The translations under genes were made by a program, and so were the position numbers. Under the pieces are notes generated by a model, which saw only the letters and a program-made list of their open reading frames with translations, did no database searches and had not been told where the DNA came from. Source: Plasmodiophora brassicae (Eukaryota). From it: a stretch of DNA of 64,000 nucleotides. This document shows, piece after piece, positions 1 to 12,107 of this stretch. How positions within the stretch are numbered: position 1 is the first letter of the stretch; each line of letters starts with the position of its first letter. The DNA lies in contig CP145414.1 of the NCBI GenBank assembly GCA_036867785.1, positions 310,001 through 374,000 on the forward strand, in the 5' to 3' direction.

Positions 1-105
1 GAACGCGTCAGGCCAGCGTTGTGCACGCTGATGCATGGTAAGTCTGTGCCGAGTGTACCAGTAGTCGTGGCAGTGTCAGTCCCTCCCCACTCTCGTACTA
101 CAGTC

Positions 106-1810
106 ATGTCGACGACGCCGGCGCCATCCAGCGACTCGGCGCTGGAGAAGCATCTGGTGGCGCGCGTTCATCGCGTCCTGCAGCAGCTGGGCGACCGGAC
201 GACCTTCACCGACTTCGCCGACCTGACCAGGCACGTCTCCGCCTTCCTCCTCGCCACGTTCCAGATCGTCACGCGGCGAACCCTACCCAACGTCAACAGG
301 TGATCACGTTGGCGTCGGCATTGCCCGCCCGGTGCTCCGCTGACAACAAGTCAGGGCGCCGTCCAAACCCGAGCACCATCGCCACAATGCTCAACTCTTC
401 CTGGACGCCCTGCGCCAGCACATGGGCATCACACTGCCCGGGGTCGACGCCGACCTCATCTGTCAAGGCGACCGGGACGCCGTCCTTCAGTGCATCGAGG
501 TGATCGAGTTCCTGCAGCGCAAGCGCCTGCGCGCCGGTACCAGCGCCGTCCTGGGCGCCAGCGCCAACGCGTCCGACGTCGGCGGCGAGGTCGCCGACGT
601 CGAATCACTGCAGTCGTGGAACGACGTGCTGGCCGGCCTGCAACTGCCCAGCGTCGACACGTTCCAGGAGCTGCGCGAGAACGCCAGCAGCGTGTTCACG
701 TTGGCCACCGAGGCCATCGTCAAGAAGCGCCTGCCCAACATCGTCCGGCGCCCGCTGCTCAAACAGCACTACATTGACAACGCGCGCGTCTCCCTGGAGG
801 CCTTGTCCAGGCATCTGGGTATGGCCGGCGCTCTCCTGATCGCCCCGGAACAGATCGCCAATGGCGACCCGATCGCCCTACGTCACTGTGCGACCTTGCT
901 CGACCAGGTCGGCCAGCGGCCCATCCCGGGGGGCAACCGTGCTGACGGTCGTTGCGATCAGGCTCGCAACGTGCGATCGTCGCCCCGCGCGACAACGTCG
1001 CAAGACGAAGGAGCGAACGGTGCTCCCTCTGCACACCTGTCGAAGGGCGCTCCAGCGCGAAAGCAGGAGCCGATCCCATCGTCGGCGCCGGACTCGCCTG
1101 GTCGTAAGCGTCGCGAGGTGCTGTACAACGGTGGGTGGCCGCGTAAACGCTCGCGCCACACGTGTGTGTGATCCCATGTGGCCGCCGCAGATCTGCTGAT
1201 GCGACAGGTTCGGGCGATCGGGCGGAAGCAGGAGATCGAGCTGGACCGGTGGCGCCTGCACCTGCTGAAGGTCAGCGCCGTCGAGCTCCGCCGCGACCAG
1301 GCCTGGCGGCACAAGGTGCAGACCGACATCTGCCGCAACACGACCATCATGAAGAAGGTCAGGAGCGATATCCAGCAGTACCAGAGTGCGTTCGGGTGCC
1401 TCCGCTCGTCGTCGCCAGCGCGTTGCTGACCGCCGTTCCCAGTTCGGAAGGTGTTCAAGGAAGCGCTGAAGCTGGAACGGGACTACATGCGGCAGCAGCA
1501 TGCAGCGTTCAAGGCCAGGCGCCAGGAGCTGGAGCGGCAGTGGTTGAACAAGAAGATGTCGATCGAGGGGTTCTTCCGCGACAAGTACGAGATGCTGTCG
1601 GCCGGCATCGAGAGCGACCGGGCGCGCCGCCAGTTCCAGGAGATGGACCTGCGGCGCGCGCTGCGCCGGCTCGAGAAGGAGCTGAAGGACGAACGGCAGA
1701 AAGGCCTCGAGGGCCTGCGCCTGAAGCTCGCGCAGGAGGACCGCCAGGTCGTCCTGGGCGTCACACCGGACAAGATCCTCGATCGCCTGCTCAAGATGCG
1801 CGTGCACTGA
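106..1810 (+). CDS. Multi-exon centrosomal coiled-coil protein, CEP95/DUF5745-like
   Basis: ATG 106. Two repeated helical CH-like segments (..DLICQGDRDAVLQCIEVIE.., ..EQIANGDPIALRHCATLLD..) and a C-terminal coiled coil (ORFs 1178-1429, 1451-1810), joined by short GT-AG introns. Confidence 0.5.
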
Positions 1811-1933
1811 AACGACGACGGCGCGTTGTTGCAATTGAGGTGAATTCAGTTTATAGACCAACGCGCGAATTGCGACCAATTGACAGGGAAATGGGGGGGA
1901 GCTCTTCTAAATAGACAGGGCCAGCGACGGGAG

Positions 1934-2875
1934 TCAATGCTGAAGTATCCTGGCGGTGATGCCAGACGCGAGTAGTTCAGCAGACACGGGCATGACCATG
2001 GGGGCCGGGATGCTCATCGGCGACATGACGGCGGCGAAGGCGGACGTCGCCCCGGTCGGCGATTGTATGATCGGTGACCTGGCCGACTTGGGCGAGTTGC
2101 CGGCCGGCGGCGTCGACACGCTCTGGTACAGCCAGGGCGACGAGTCCGGCTTGATCGGCGGTATGGAATGCCTCTTGACCGCCTCGCGCTTGATGATCTC
2201 GGTGACCGCGTTCACCATCATCATGCGCTGGGCGGCGGGCCCGCCCGCCGGCTCGCCGATCCGGGCCGCGCTGGCCGCCGCCGCTGCCCGTTTCACCATC
2301 TTGCCCGGCTTGCCCAGGTTGATGATCTCCGGGTTGCAGTCCTTGTGCATCTTCATGTGCTTCTTGGCGTTATACGAGCGCACGAACCGCTTGTCGCAGA
2401 CCGAGCAGGCATAGGGCCGCTCGCCCGTATGCATTCGCGTGTGCCTCTGCAACGACCCGCCTTCGGCGAACGCCCGGCCACAGGTCACGCATCGGTAGGG
2501 TCGCTCGCCCGTGTGGATCCTCGTGTGTCGCTTCAGGTCGGATGCCTTCAGGAACGCCTTGTCGCAGGTCTCGCAGTTGAACGTCCGCTCGCCAGTGTGC
2601 GCCCGCTTGTGACGCTTCATGTCGGCCAGTTTGGGGAACTCCTTATGGCAGATCGGGCATGGGATGCCGGACATTGCCACGGTCGGTTCCGATTGCGGTT
2701 CTCCGGGGATGATGGGCGGCGGCGATATTGGGGGCGGCGTCGGCTTCAGATCGGGGGACGCGGCCGCGGACGTCGACGCCAGTGTCAGCAGGGCCTGGGC
2801 GCCGCCCGTCTCATCACGGCCTTCCTTCTTGACCAGAGCGGCTGTGCTGCCCGCCATCGGGACGACGGCCTCCAT
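1934..2875 (-). CDS. C2H2 zinc-finger transcription factor (4 fingers)
   Basis: CPICHKEF..HKRAH followed by HTGERT/HTGERP linkers, four fingers in total. Start taken at MEAVVP. Confidence 0.85.
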   Translation of the reverse strand: MEAVVPMAGSTAALVKKEGRDETGGAQALLTLASTSAAASPDLKPTPPPISPPPIIPGEPQSEPTVAMSGIPCPICHKEFPKLADMKRHKRAHTGERTFNCETCDKAFLKASDLKRHTRIHTGERPYRCVTCGRAFAEGGSLQRHTRMHTGERPYACSVCDKRFVRSYNAKKHMKMHKDCNPEIINLGKPGKMVKRAAAAASAARIGEPAGGPAAQRMMMVNAVTEIIKREAVKRHSIPPIKPDSSPWLYQSVSTPPAGNSPKSARSPIIQSPTGATSAFAAVMSPMSIPAPMVMPVSAELLASGITARILQH

Positions 2876-3802
2876 GGTCGCTCCCCACAGGTAGATCTGA
2901 TCGCGACCTCCGCCTCCCTGGGAACGCGCGAGCAACCCCTCTGGCGGCGGCGCGACACGAAAATGAAATGAGGTCGACGACCCCCCGGGCGCGGTCGCGG
3001 CCTCCCGTCGCCCCTTGTCGTCTGACTGGGCAGATTATTATTAAACGGCGACTCGGCGCCGGTTCGCGTTACTCGCCCTTGACATGTAACGCCCCCCGCT
3101 CGCCCCCCGACTGTGCCGTGTAACCCACCCCGCCGCCGCGCCAACTCGCGCCGGAATCGCGTGTTTTGACACCCGGGTGGTGCGCTCGTTTTGCGCCGCA
3201 GTCGAAATTTCGCTGCCCCGTTTTGCACGGGCTTGATAGGTGCCACCGGGAAGTGCGTTCCCACATAGAGAGAGAGCCAGGCCGTGCTTGCCACAGTCGG
3301 CGCCGAAGCTTCCTGCAGCTGTACACTGACACGATGCAGCGGCGCAGTTGAGCTGGGACGCGCTGACGTCCATGAGGAAATGTCACCGACCGAGCCTTCT
3401 GGAAGCAGGAACCTGGTCTGGGTCGCTGACGAGGATGTCACATCCGTGGGAATCGTCGTCTGATCGCGTTCCGGGCTGCCGACTCAGTGAGGCAGCCGCG
3501 TACGGCTACGTTAGACGAACCAGCGTGTGACGATAGCGCGCACAGAGTCAAAGAACTGAATTTGTGGCTTGCACATGCGCCTGCCGGGAGCTGATGCGGC
3601 GATCCACAAATGACACGCCACCAATGGCCCGTATTCAGCGGTCCGACAAGGACGAATCCAGTTCTCGTACCCAGCCCCCAACCTTTCTGGCACGACGCAG
3701 TTGCCACCTTCCCTGGCGCATTGCAATCCGAGTACCGGTATCCGACATACAGTCATGCCATCGGCAAGTCACCTCGTTCCCGAATGGTTATTCCAGATAA
3801 TA

Positions 3803-4582
3803 TTATGAACTCGGGAGCTCAGCTGGACTTCCCGGGGACGCGCTGCCAGCATCGAGAAGGACGAAGACGGCGAACGAGGATAGCAGGAGGACCGTGGGCG
3901 ACAGGAATGCGGAGACGATCGAAGCGAGGAACCGCGCAGCGATATGGACGACGGCTCTGCCCACGTGGGCGATGGCGGCCAGCGCGGTGGTAGACGCAAC
4001 GAAGACAGCCAGGGCGAGCACGGCCTTCTTCCTGCCTTTAATAGCCGGATCTCGATACAGTTGTCGAATGACCGTAACGGGTGACCTGCCGTAGAAGAAC
4101 TGAGACAGCGCCTCGGTGCTGGTGTCTGTAGTACGGCGTTAACTGTCAGGAACGTAAGACAGGAGGGACGCAGGTCGAACGTTACTTGAATGCGGTTTCA
4201 TGAATCGGTACACCCTCGTAAACGCTGCGCTGACACCGGACAAGTACGCATGGCGGGCGCGCCTCTTCAGGTTCCATACGACGACCTCATCGACGATGTT
4301 GTCGACGTGGTGCCCTGCTGCGGTGGCCGAAGAGGACAACGTAGAACTCCAGAACTGAAACCGTTTACTGGCAGCGTATCAGCAGCCCCCCCAACTACTG
4401 CGTTCCAGACCGGGATTGTACCTCGATGAAACAGCACCAACGGCATGACCCGCAGCAGCCGAAAGCAACTGCAGGACGCGCTCGGCCAAGGACGCCGGGG
4501 GCGGTGTCTCGGCATCAGCATCAGCAGCAGGTGGCGCAAACACGAGGAGTATCGCGATCACAGCAGTCGTTGCAGGTTGCAT
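3803..4582 (-). CDS. Putative multi-exon secreted/membrane protein, unknown function
   Basis: Signal-peptide-like start MQPATTAVIAILLVFAPPAADA, coding-like segments at 4250-4340 and a hydrophobic C-terminal segment (3803-4021). Exon structure uncertain. Confidence 0.4.
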
Positions 4583-4933
4583 CGCACCAGTTGCAGTTGG
4601 GGGGGCCAGACCAGCGCCCCTCGCCAAATTAGCGTTTCGGGGCGCTATCACCTATGCGGAAGTCCGCTCGGCGGATGCGTACCGCTGTGCGTCGTCGACG
4701 TCGCCGCCGGCGCCACTCCACGCCGTCATTGCGCCGGACTGTCACTGCCACAGGCGGGGTCGGGTTATTTTTGGTACTGGTAGGTACCCTCGTCCCTCGT
4801 GCGATGGCCCTACGTATGGACTGTGGGCTGTGTGGCTTATTGCCTACCAGCGTAATGCGATAAATCAGGTTGCACATGTAGGCCATAGGTATCGGAGGAG
4901 CAGGGCAACGTTCAAATCGGTGAGCGGAGGACG

Positions 4934-5301
4934 TCAGTCAAGGACGACCTTCGTTTGGTTCTCGTTCATTTCGTTGCGCTTCATGATGCTGTCGATGGCG
5001 GCTTTCCTTTCGAAGAACGATCGACGGCACATGACCCACGTGACCAACGACATGCCGAGCATGGTCTTGATTCCGCGGTCCGTTGCCAACCACAAGGACT
5101 CTGTGACCACCCCGCGATTCAGCATGCGGCGCCCCGCGACCAGCGCGACACGTTCCCCATACGTGTTCGGCGGTAACGGTGCGCACCCATGGCCAGGCCG
5201 GTGAATATCCCCCAGAGGCATGCGTTACGGAAGCAGGGCATCCGTTTGACAGAGAACATCGGGTCCAGCGGGTCGTACGCCGGCGCCTTCTCCATCGACA
5301 T
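4934..5301 (-). CDS. COX20: Cytochrome c oxidase assembly protein COX20-like
   Basis: MPCFRNACLWGIFTGLAMGAHRY..., then an intron, then ..SLVTWVMCR.. This is the two-TM, two-Cys pattern of COX20/FAM36A. Confidence 0.75.
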
Positions 5302-5589
5302 TTCCCCACGGACTTTGAGCGCGATGGGGGAAGGGAACCGCTCTGCTGAGTCGCCCTCGCATCCATTCCATCGTCGTTGACAGCGAACGCACGCGCAATA
5401 CGCGACGATGCCGTATGCTCGAAGGTGTCCGATGGACTCTCAGTTGCACTTTGGGGAGATGGCCCATCAGAATAGGGGTATGTGCTGTTGCTGGATCTGG
5501 ATCTGATCCGCGCGGCTTCCGGCGTTGCTCTCGGAGTTGCAATTTCCGCCACGCATTGCAGCGCATCGTTCGTCTGCCTCGGGTGACAG

Positions 5590-6143
5590 ATGGCGGCTCC
5601 GGAGATGACCAAGGTCGCTCAGGCCTTCGTCCAGCACTACTACACGATGTTCGACACGAACCGAACACAGCTGTCCTCGCTCTACGTCCGTCTGCGGCTG
5701 CCGTCTGCATTGCGTACCTGATCGTGCTCGTTCATGTAGCAACCGCAATCGATGCTGACCTTCGAGGGCGAGGCGTTCATGGGAGCTGAGAACATTGGCA
5801 ACAAGCTGAACGTACTAACGATCGCTGGGGTTCTTTCAATGGCGGAATCTAACTCTCGTTGTATTAGAGCCTGCCGTTCCGCAAGGTTGTCCACAGCATC
5901 AAGACAATGGACATCCAGCCATCCGGTTGCAATGGAATTCTCATTGTCGTGTACGAATGTGCTTCTATTCGTTGTCTGAATCGGCACAGCGTTGATTTGC
6001 TCCCTGTGTGTGGCAGGTGCGGTGACTTGAAGATCGACGATGACGCCAACCCCCTGAAGTACTCGCAGACGTTCCACATTCTGCCAACGCAGCAGGGGTC
6101 CTGGTGGGTCCACAACGACCTGTTCCGCCTGAACATTGGCTAG
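5590..6143 (+). CDS. NTF2: Nuclear transport factor 2
   Basis: Spliced: AQAFVQHYYTMFDTNRTQLSSLY / SMLTFEGE..GAENIGNKL / ..DIQPS / GDLKIDDDANPLKYSQTFHILP..WWVHNDLFRLNIG*. Confidence 0.92.
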
Positions 6144-6399
6144 ACGCCCGGCCTCGCTTGCACCCAGCCAGTTCATCTTCGCAATAAACGCCGCTCATCT
6201 CCTGTTGACGCCATTGTCGAGGCACTTCACAGTTAACCGTGCTGATGTGGGCGGCGCCGCATCCTTCTCTACCTGCACGGCGAGCTCGGCACAATCGTAA
6301 CGTTGCCACTGTCAGCGCAACCTCGTGGCTGTCCTAGGACAGGATCCCAGTCGCACAACGATAAGAACGCGGTGAGGTTCCCCTAGCTTGGTGGTGCCC

Positions 6400-8044
6400 A
6401 TGTTGCAGCAGCAGCAGCGATCGCAACCGGCGCAGAGCCGGCGCCGGTCGATCGTCGTCACGATCGTGATCGGGTCTGCTATCGGGGTCTGGTTCGTGTT
6501 CTGCCTGTCGCAGTTCGGTGACGGTCCTCCCAAGATATCCAGGATCCTTACCAAGCAAACCGGCGACGTCGAGAAGAGCCCGCCATCTTTGAAAGTTGCA
6601 GCATCGAAGATCGAAATCCCCGTTGCGCCCATTGAAATCGTACACCAACCGCCTGCTACCAACAGTGAAGGTTCACCCAAGGTTGAAGGTCAGACGAAGA
6701 AGGAAGGACAGGCGGAGAAGGAAAATCAGACGGAGGAGGAAGGTCACGCGAAGAAGGAAGGTCATGCCAAGAACGAAGGTCATGCGAAAAACGAAGGTCC
6801 GACGAAGAAGGAAGATCCAGTAATGGAAGGCACTGGAGCCGATAAACCGGGGACGGCTGAAGTTGAAACACCTTCACCGAAGAACGACAACGTTGACGAC
6901 AAACATGCAGCTGCTGAGGCAACCACAACAAAGGATGGCGATGCAAAGTTCGACCGGTCGTCGTGCCGAGTGGCTTTGGTGACGGGGATCTCCGGGATGA
7001 TCGGTTCCCATGTGGCCAGAGCGCTGCTGAACGAACGTGACCCGTTCTGCTACAAGGTGGTGGGGCTGATCCGCCCCCGGACGGACCTGTCGTCGCTCGC
7101 TGGCATCATCGACGAGATCAAGTTCGTCATTGGCGACATTACCGATTCGTCGGCCATGTACGACATGATGGAACGGGAACGACCCGACGTCGTGTTCCAT
7201 TTCGCAGCACAGGCGATAAACGGGATCTCCTTCGGCCTGGCCAAGATGACACTGGACGGAAATGTGCAAGGCACATTGAACCTGTTCGAGGCGCTTCGCA
7301 TCGCGAAACTGAAACCGCGCGTCCTCGTCGCTGGATCCTCAACAGAATACGGTCGGTCGGCGAACACGCACGAGTAAGCGCATTTGCGTTCGTTTGGAGT
7401 CATGCAGTGACGCGCTCTCCTGCAGTGGGCCGATCCCCGAGGACATCGTCCTGGACCCGGTGTCCCCGTACGGGATCAGCAAGTTCGCAACCGAGAAGAT
7501 CGCCAACCAGTATTACATATCGCATGGCATCCCGGCGCTAACAGCGCGTATCTTCATTCACGTCGGCGTTGGCGGCACGGATTCACTGGCGATCAACCAG
7601 TTCTGCAAGCAGGTCGCCTTGGCGGAACTCGGGTTCAGCCCACCGGTTATCAAGCACGGCAACCTGGACACGGCTCGCGACATCACCGACGCCAAGGATT
7701 CCGCTGTGGCAATGATCGCTCTGGCCGAGAAAGGCGAACCCGGCGAAGGTTACAATGTCGGGTCTGGCAACTCGATGCGCATCAGCGACCTGCTCAAGAT
7801 CGCCGTCAGCATGTCTAAAGTCCCGATGACCACCGAGCTCGACGAAACGCGCCTACGCAGCTTCGACGAGAAGGTCCTCGTGGCCAACGTCGACAAGCTG
7901 AAGAAGGTCACCGGGTGGACACCGAAACCCGACATGGAAGGCACCATTGGCAACATCCTGGCGTACTGGCGGACCAAAGTTCGAACGCTCTACTGCAAAC
8001 GCCCCGACGGAACCGACAAGTGCGCTACGGCCGACTCCACGTAA
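6400..8044 (+). CDS. GDP-mannose 4,6-dehydratase / GDP-keto-deoxymannose reductase-like extended SDR with N-terminal membrane anchor
   Basis: ALVTGISGMIG, HFAAQ, SSTEYG, SPYGISK (YxxxK), GNLDTARD. One intron at ~7374-7425. TM segment IVVTIVIGSAIGVWFVFCL. Confidence 0.8.
6685..6812 (+). repeat. Imperfect 18-bp coding tandem repeat (EGHAKK/EGQTKK) in the stem region
   Basis: gaaggtcaYgcgaagaaS-type units repeated ~7 times. Confidence 0.7.
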
Positions 8045-8186
8045 CCGGCCTTGCAATACAACCCGCTGCAGTCCCGCCGTCGCTGCTGTGCAGTCGCCAG
8101 TCGGCTCGCAGCCTCGCACAAAGCTGCAGAAGGCCGCGACTGCAGGCGGCACCGTCCGTAGGTAGTCGCGGAGTACGTACCGCGCA

Positions 8187-8525
8187 ATGGCGTTGGTGCA
8201 CGGCGTGTCCCGTGCCGGCGGCGAGCACACGGAGGTCGTTTGCCAGGCGCTGGCCGACGCCGTGTTCGTCATTGTGACGCAGGTCGGCGATGTGTCGTGC
8301 ATTGTGGATGCGGAGGTGGAGCGCGCCGGCCAGGATCCGATCCATTCGGTGCGGGTCGTGCTGGGCGAGTACAGCCCCGTTGCCGAGCTCGTCGCGCGGC
8401 GTATCCTGGAGTCACTGTCCCCGCCTAGAATGCGTCTGGTATTATCGTTCGGACTCAAAGACCGCTTCTCCACCGATCAAGTCAAAGATCTGGTCGACGT
8501 CATTCTCCAGCACAAGAATTGGTGA
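8187..8525 (+). CDS. PSMG3: Proteasome assembly chaperone 3 (PAC3)
   Basis: HTEVVCQALADAVFVIVTQVG...SVRVVLG...RLVLSFGLKD; 112 aa, matching PAC3 size and pattern. Confidence 0.8.
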   Translation: MALVHGVSRAGGEHTEVVCQALADAVFVIVTQVGDVSCIVDAEVERAGQDPIHSVRVVLGEYSPVAELVARRILESLSPPRMRLVLSFGLKDRFSTDQVKDLVDVILQHKNW

Positions 8526-8822
8526 TAAAGGTACTATATATTCATTGTCCGAACCCGTTGTCACGGTTGTGTTTCGTCCTTAATGCGCGATGTCGAGCCA
8601 GGGGCATTACAAGTGTGTCCCCTGGGGTTACTCACGCGCTAGATCAAAACGTTTGGGCCGTCATCAGATACCCGACTTGAATGCAGACGATCAAGTCGGC
8701 ACTTCGGTACGGCCAACATTGACATTCACGAATTCGTACCGTTCAGTCCGGCTGCGGTCCCCAGGCATTGCAGACCGCAAGTAAATAAACTGCTGATTTA
8801 GGAATGTGACGTACGCAGGGAC

Positions 8823-9327
8823 TTAGTCTTCGTCGGGGTCCAGGCCGTATCTGTCATACAGCGAGCGATTCGCGACGCCCTCGTACTCGGCCATCTTGCC
8901 CAGTAGCATCTGGCCCGCGTCTTTCATGTCGTTGTACCGATGCAACGCACTGATGTATGCATCGGTTTCCGCCTTCCTGAGAGCACGCGTTCGTTACACG
9001 GTGGATATCAACGAGGCGTCCAGAGCGTCTGACTTTGCACGCAGCTCCCTGGCGGTCTGCTCCAGGCGTTTCACCTTGGCGTCGTCCGATTCAGGCTTGA
9101 TGTAGAAGATCTCGTGGCGCGCTGCAGTCTTGTCAACAGGAACAGTGGCGATCTGACTGCGAAGAACACCGACCTGAGCGCCCAGAGCCCCAACTTTACC
9201 ATTCGGCTCCCTACACGCGATCCGCATTCGCTGCGACGAACGTATCCAGTGCTTGGCGATCGGCCGCATGCTCGTTGAGAACGTCGCTGACCAGGCGCGG
9301 CTCCTCAAGTTTGTCGACGTCCAACAT
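8823..9327 (-). CDS. SWI5: DNA repair protein Swi5/Sae3
   Basis: C-terminal exon YISALHRYNDMKDAGQMLLGKMAEYEGVANRSLYDRYGL is the Swi5 signature. Two introns. Confidence 0.85.
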
Positions 9328-9463
9328 GCTTGTCGCAATTATGGCTGGCGCGGCAGAAACGCCGGAACCTTTCGGCGCCGTCAGCTCATACCTATGCAGA
9401 TACATACGTCGATGTCGTCACAGCGCCTGCATAGCCCCCGTGATGGATTCGCAGATTGGTCGT

Positions 9464-9859
9464 TTATGATTCCAAGAATATGGTGCTGAATCCCATTGCA
9501 ATGCATGATATGCTGATCAGAGGGCTGAGCCTTTCGCCTACACGGAAAACGAAATGAACTCATTGTATATCGATAGGCATGCGGCAGGGATGACGAACCG
9601 ATACGCGCGAACTTCCAGAACAGACCGCGGAACCTATCAAATTCAGCCATCGATTGCGGCCAACGGAATAGGGCCGTGCATGCGTACCCGTTCTTGTGCG
9701 CGTCGAGCAGGGCGGGCCAGCGAGCGTGCAGGTAGGCGCACGTGCAGATGGCCAGCAGGATGACACAGAGCAGGCTCTGGAAGTTGAAGAAGGCCGACTG
9801 GTGCGCATCGCAAACGTCAGCACCCCGCCTCGCAACCGCTGGCCACGTGCACCTACCAT
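9464..9859 (-). CDS. TMEM167: Protein kish (TMEM167)
   Basis: ATG then intron, then [25 protein letters not shown] / [12 protein letters not shown] / [15 protein letters not shown]. Confidence 0.9.
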
Positions 9860-10130
9860 GATGACGGTCGAGCGCGGCGGACTGCGAAACGACGGGCTGC
9901 CTCAGCCAACTCAGACGTTCCACTTTTATCACATGCGGCGAACCGGAGGAGCTGCTGCAGCCGCACAGTCGGCCACGTGCCGAGCCATGGGGCGAACCCG
10001 AAAATGGCTGTGTCGAAATTTTATGAACAAACAGTACCGCGGTGTGGTTACGACGCCGACCGCACAATACAATAAAGTATGGTCATAGTTTGTTCGTCGA
10101 GGGTAGCGCAGTGCGCGCGGGCAGGTGGGG

Positions 10131-11260
10131 ATGACCAGGGAGGAGGTGAGCCGGGCGCTGCATCGGGCCCTGGCCCAGCACGGCGCGCTGGCGGTGCAGT
10201 CGCCGTCGCAGGCGGACCTGGTGGTCATACCGTCGTCGACGCCGCTGCTGGACGCGTTCGGCAAGCTGATCGGGCGCAATTTCATGTCGGCGCCCGTCTA
10301 CGACGAGGCCGGCCAAACCTTTATCGGGTACCTCGACTGTCGTGATCTCGTGTCGTTCTGCGTGTTCGCCAGCGACGAAAGCAACTGGCAGCCGTCGCTG
10401 GGCGACCTCGTCAAGATCGGCTCGAAGGGTGCCCCGGTAGCGGCGACGGCTGTCACCGTTTCCTGTATGCATGCGATCAAGGGTCGCTCTGGAACCGCTC
10501 GTTAACAGGGTGCGGTACTCAGATCTGGCTCGTCGGCATCCGTTCTCCTACGTGTACACAACGGATTCGCTGGCGGTGGTGGCGTCTCGCTTGGCGCAAC
10601 GCGAGGTGCACCGCGTCCCGGTGGTCGATAAGGCGACCGGCGAGATGGTCGCCCTGATCACGCAGTCGGCGCTGGTGTAGTGGGTCGTCGACAATAAGGC
10701 TCTGCTGGGTAGGTCCATACGTTCGACGACGACGTTGGCCCCGTTCAACTGTCCTCGTCGTGCTAGGCGATGTGTTGCGCCATCCCCTCAAGGATATCGG
10801 CCCGCTTGGGACGTCTCCTGTTGTATCCGTATGCGCAACGTCGCCCGTGCTTGACGCGTTCAAGCTCATGGACGAACACAAGATGAGCGCCGTCGGCGTC
10901 GTATCCCAAGCAGTACGTCACCGTCGACGGGTTGTCTGCTGTTGCTCGCTCACTGATGTGGTTCTGCTGGAGAAGGGAGACCTAGTCGCTACGGTTTCCT
11001 CGTCCGACATCAAGTTCTTCCTGCGCACGAAGTTCCCGATGACGCATACCGTGATGGAGTTCGTTCAGTCCATCAACGACCAGATGGTCGACATCCGGTC
11101 CCCGTTGATCTGCGCGTCAAGGAACACGCCGCTGGGCGACGTCATTGGCCGCATGGCGAAGGCCAAGGTCCATCGCGTCTTTCTCGTCGACGACAAGGAC
11201 AAACCGGTCGGGATCGTGTCTGTCACCGATGTCATGAAGCTGCTGGGCGACAGGAAGTAA
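10131..11260 (+). CDS. CBS-domain protein (Sds23/AMPK-gamma-like, 4 CBS repeats)
   Basis: NFMSAPVYD, VHRVPVVD..LITQSAL, KMSAVGVV, VHRVFLVDDKDKPVGIVSVTDV across 4 exons. Confidence 0.85.
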
Positions 11261-11366
11261 ATTCGCTACGATGGGCCCGTACCATGTCCACAACCCAAGT
11301 TCGTGGCCGTCCTCATTGTCAGCGGAAGCAACATGAACGAACGGTACATTCATTTGGGTCAGCGGT

Positions 11367-11753
11367 CTACTCGATGGCGTACTGGCTATCCCCCTCGGGC
11401 GTATCGGGGCCCTCGGCGGCAGACGCCTTCTGCACCTTGCGGGCGACACGCTGGGCCTGAAGGCGCACGTGTTTCGGCGTCCAGGACGACAGCTTGACGG
11501 CTCCGCGCTTGATGCCACCGACAACCGACTTCAGGCGCGATCCGACCCCGCTCTCGTATTCGCCGTCCGACTCGCCGCGGTCACCCGCCTCGTCACTGTC
11601 GTCCTGCCTGATCGGCTTGTACTCCGCAGACGCCTTCGAGAACGATCCCGCCACGCCCCACAGCCATTCTCCCGACGAACGCGCCTTGGCTAGCGCATCC
11701 TGCAGCGCCTTTGCTGTCGCCGACTCCTTGACGGTCGCACGCTTGCCCTTCAT
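11367..11753 (-). CDS. Hypothetical protein
   Basis: ~128-aa ORF with coding-like composition filling the gap between the CBS and Ku80 genes. Confidence 0.45.
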   Translation of the reverse strand: MKGKRATVKESATAKALQDALAKARSSGEWLWGVAGSFSKASAEYKPIRQDDSDEAGDRGESDGEYESGVGSRLKSVVGGIKRGAVKLSSWTPKHVRLQAQRVARKVQKASAAEGPDTPEGDSQYAIE

Positions 11754-12107
11754 CCCAGCACGCCCACCCATGTATCAACTGTCGTTGCAGATGCGCAACT
11801 GGAGCAGTACGGCATCCGATCGTATCTAGCAGTTGTCCAGCATCCAGCAAATATCGCTGCGGCAATGCTCACTGGCAGGGGCGCCAGCCTGCCTTCGACA
11901 GTCGTATGTGTGTGTACAAGGCTAGCCAGAAAAAGTGCACCGAACTCGGCCTGGCGGTTGGCAGCCACGTTGGCGTCGCGGACGACAGGGTCGGTCCAGT
12001 GCCCCACTTGTCTTCTGCTTCTGCCCAACGTGGCTACGTCGTCGCGCGTGCAGCCCGCCCTGCTGCGTGACTTGCGCAGTATTCATTGAGGGGTGCAGTT
12101 GCGACGA

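Noticed and set aside
878-1879. Long antisense ORFs (also 11922-13001, 29467-30270, 44816-45895, 51381-52457)
   Set aside because: Shadow ORFs opposite GC3-rich genes.
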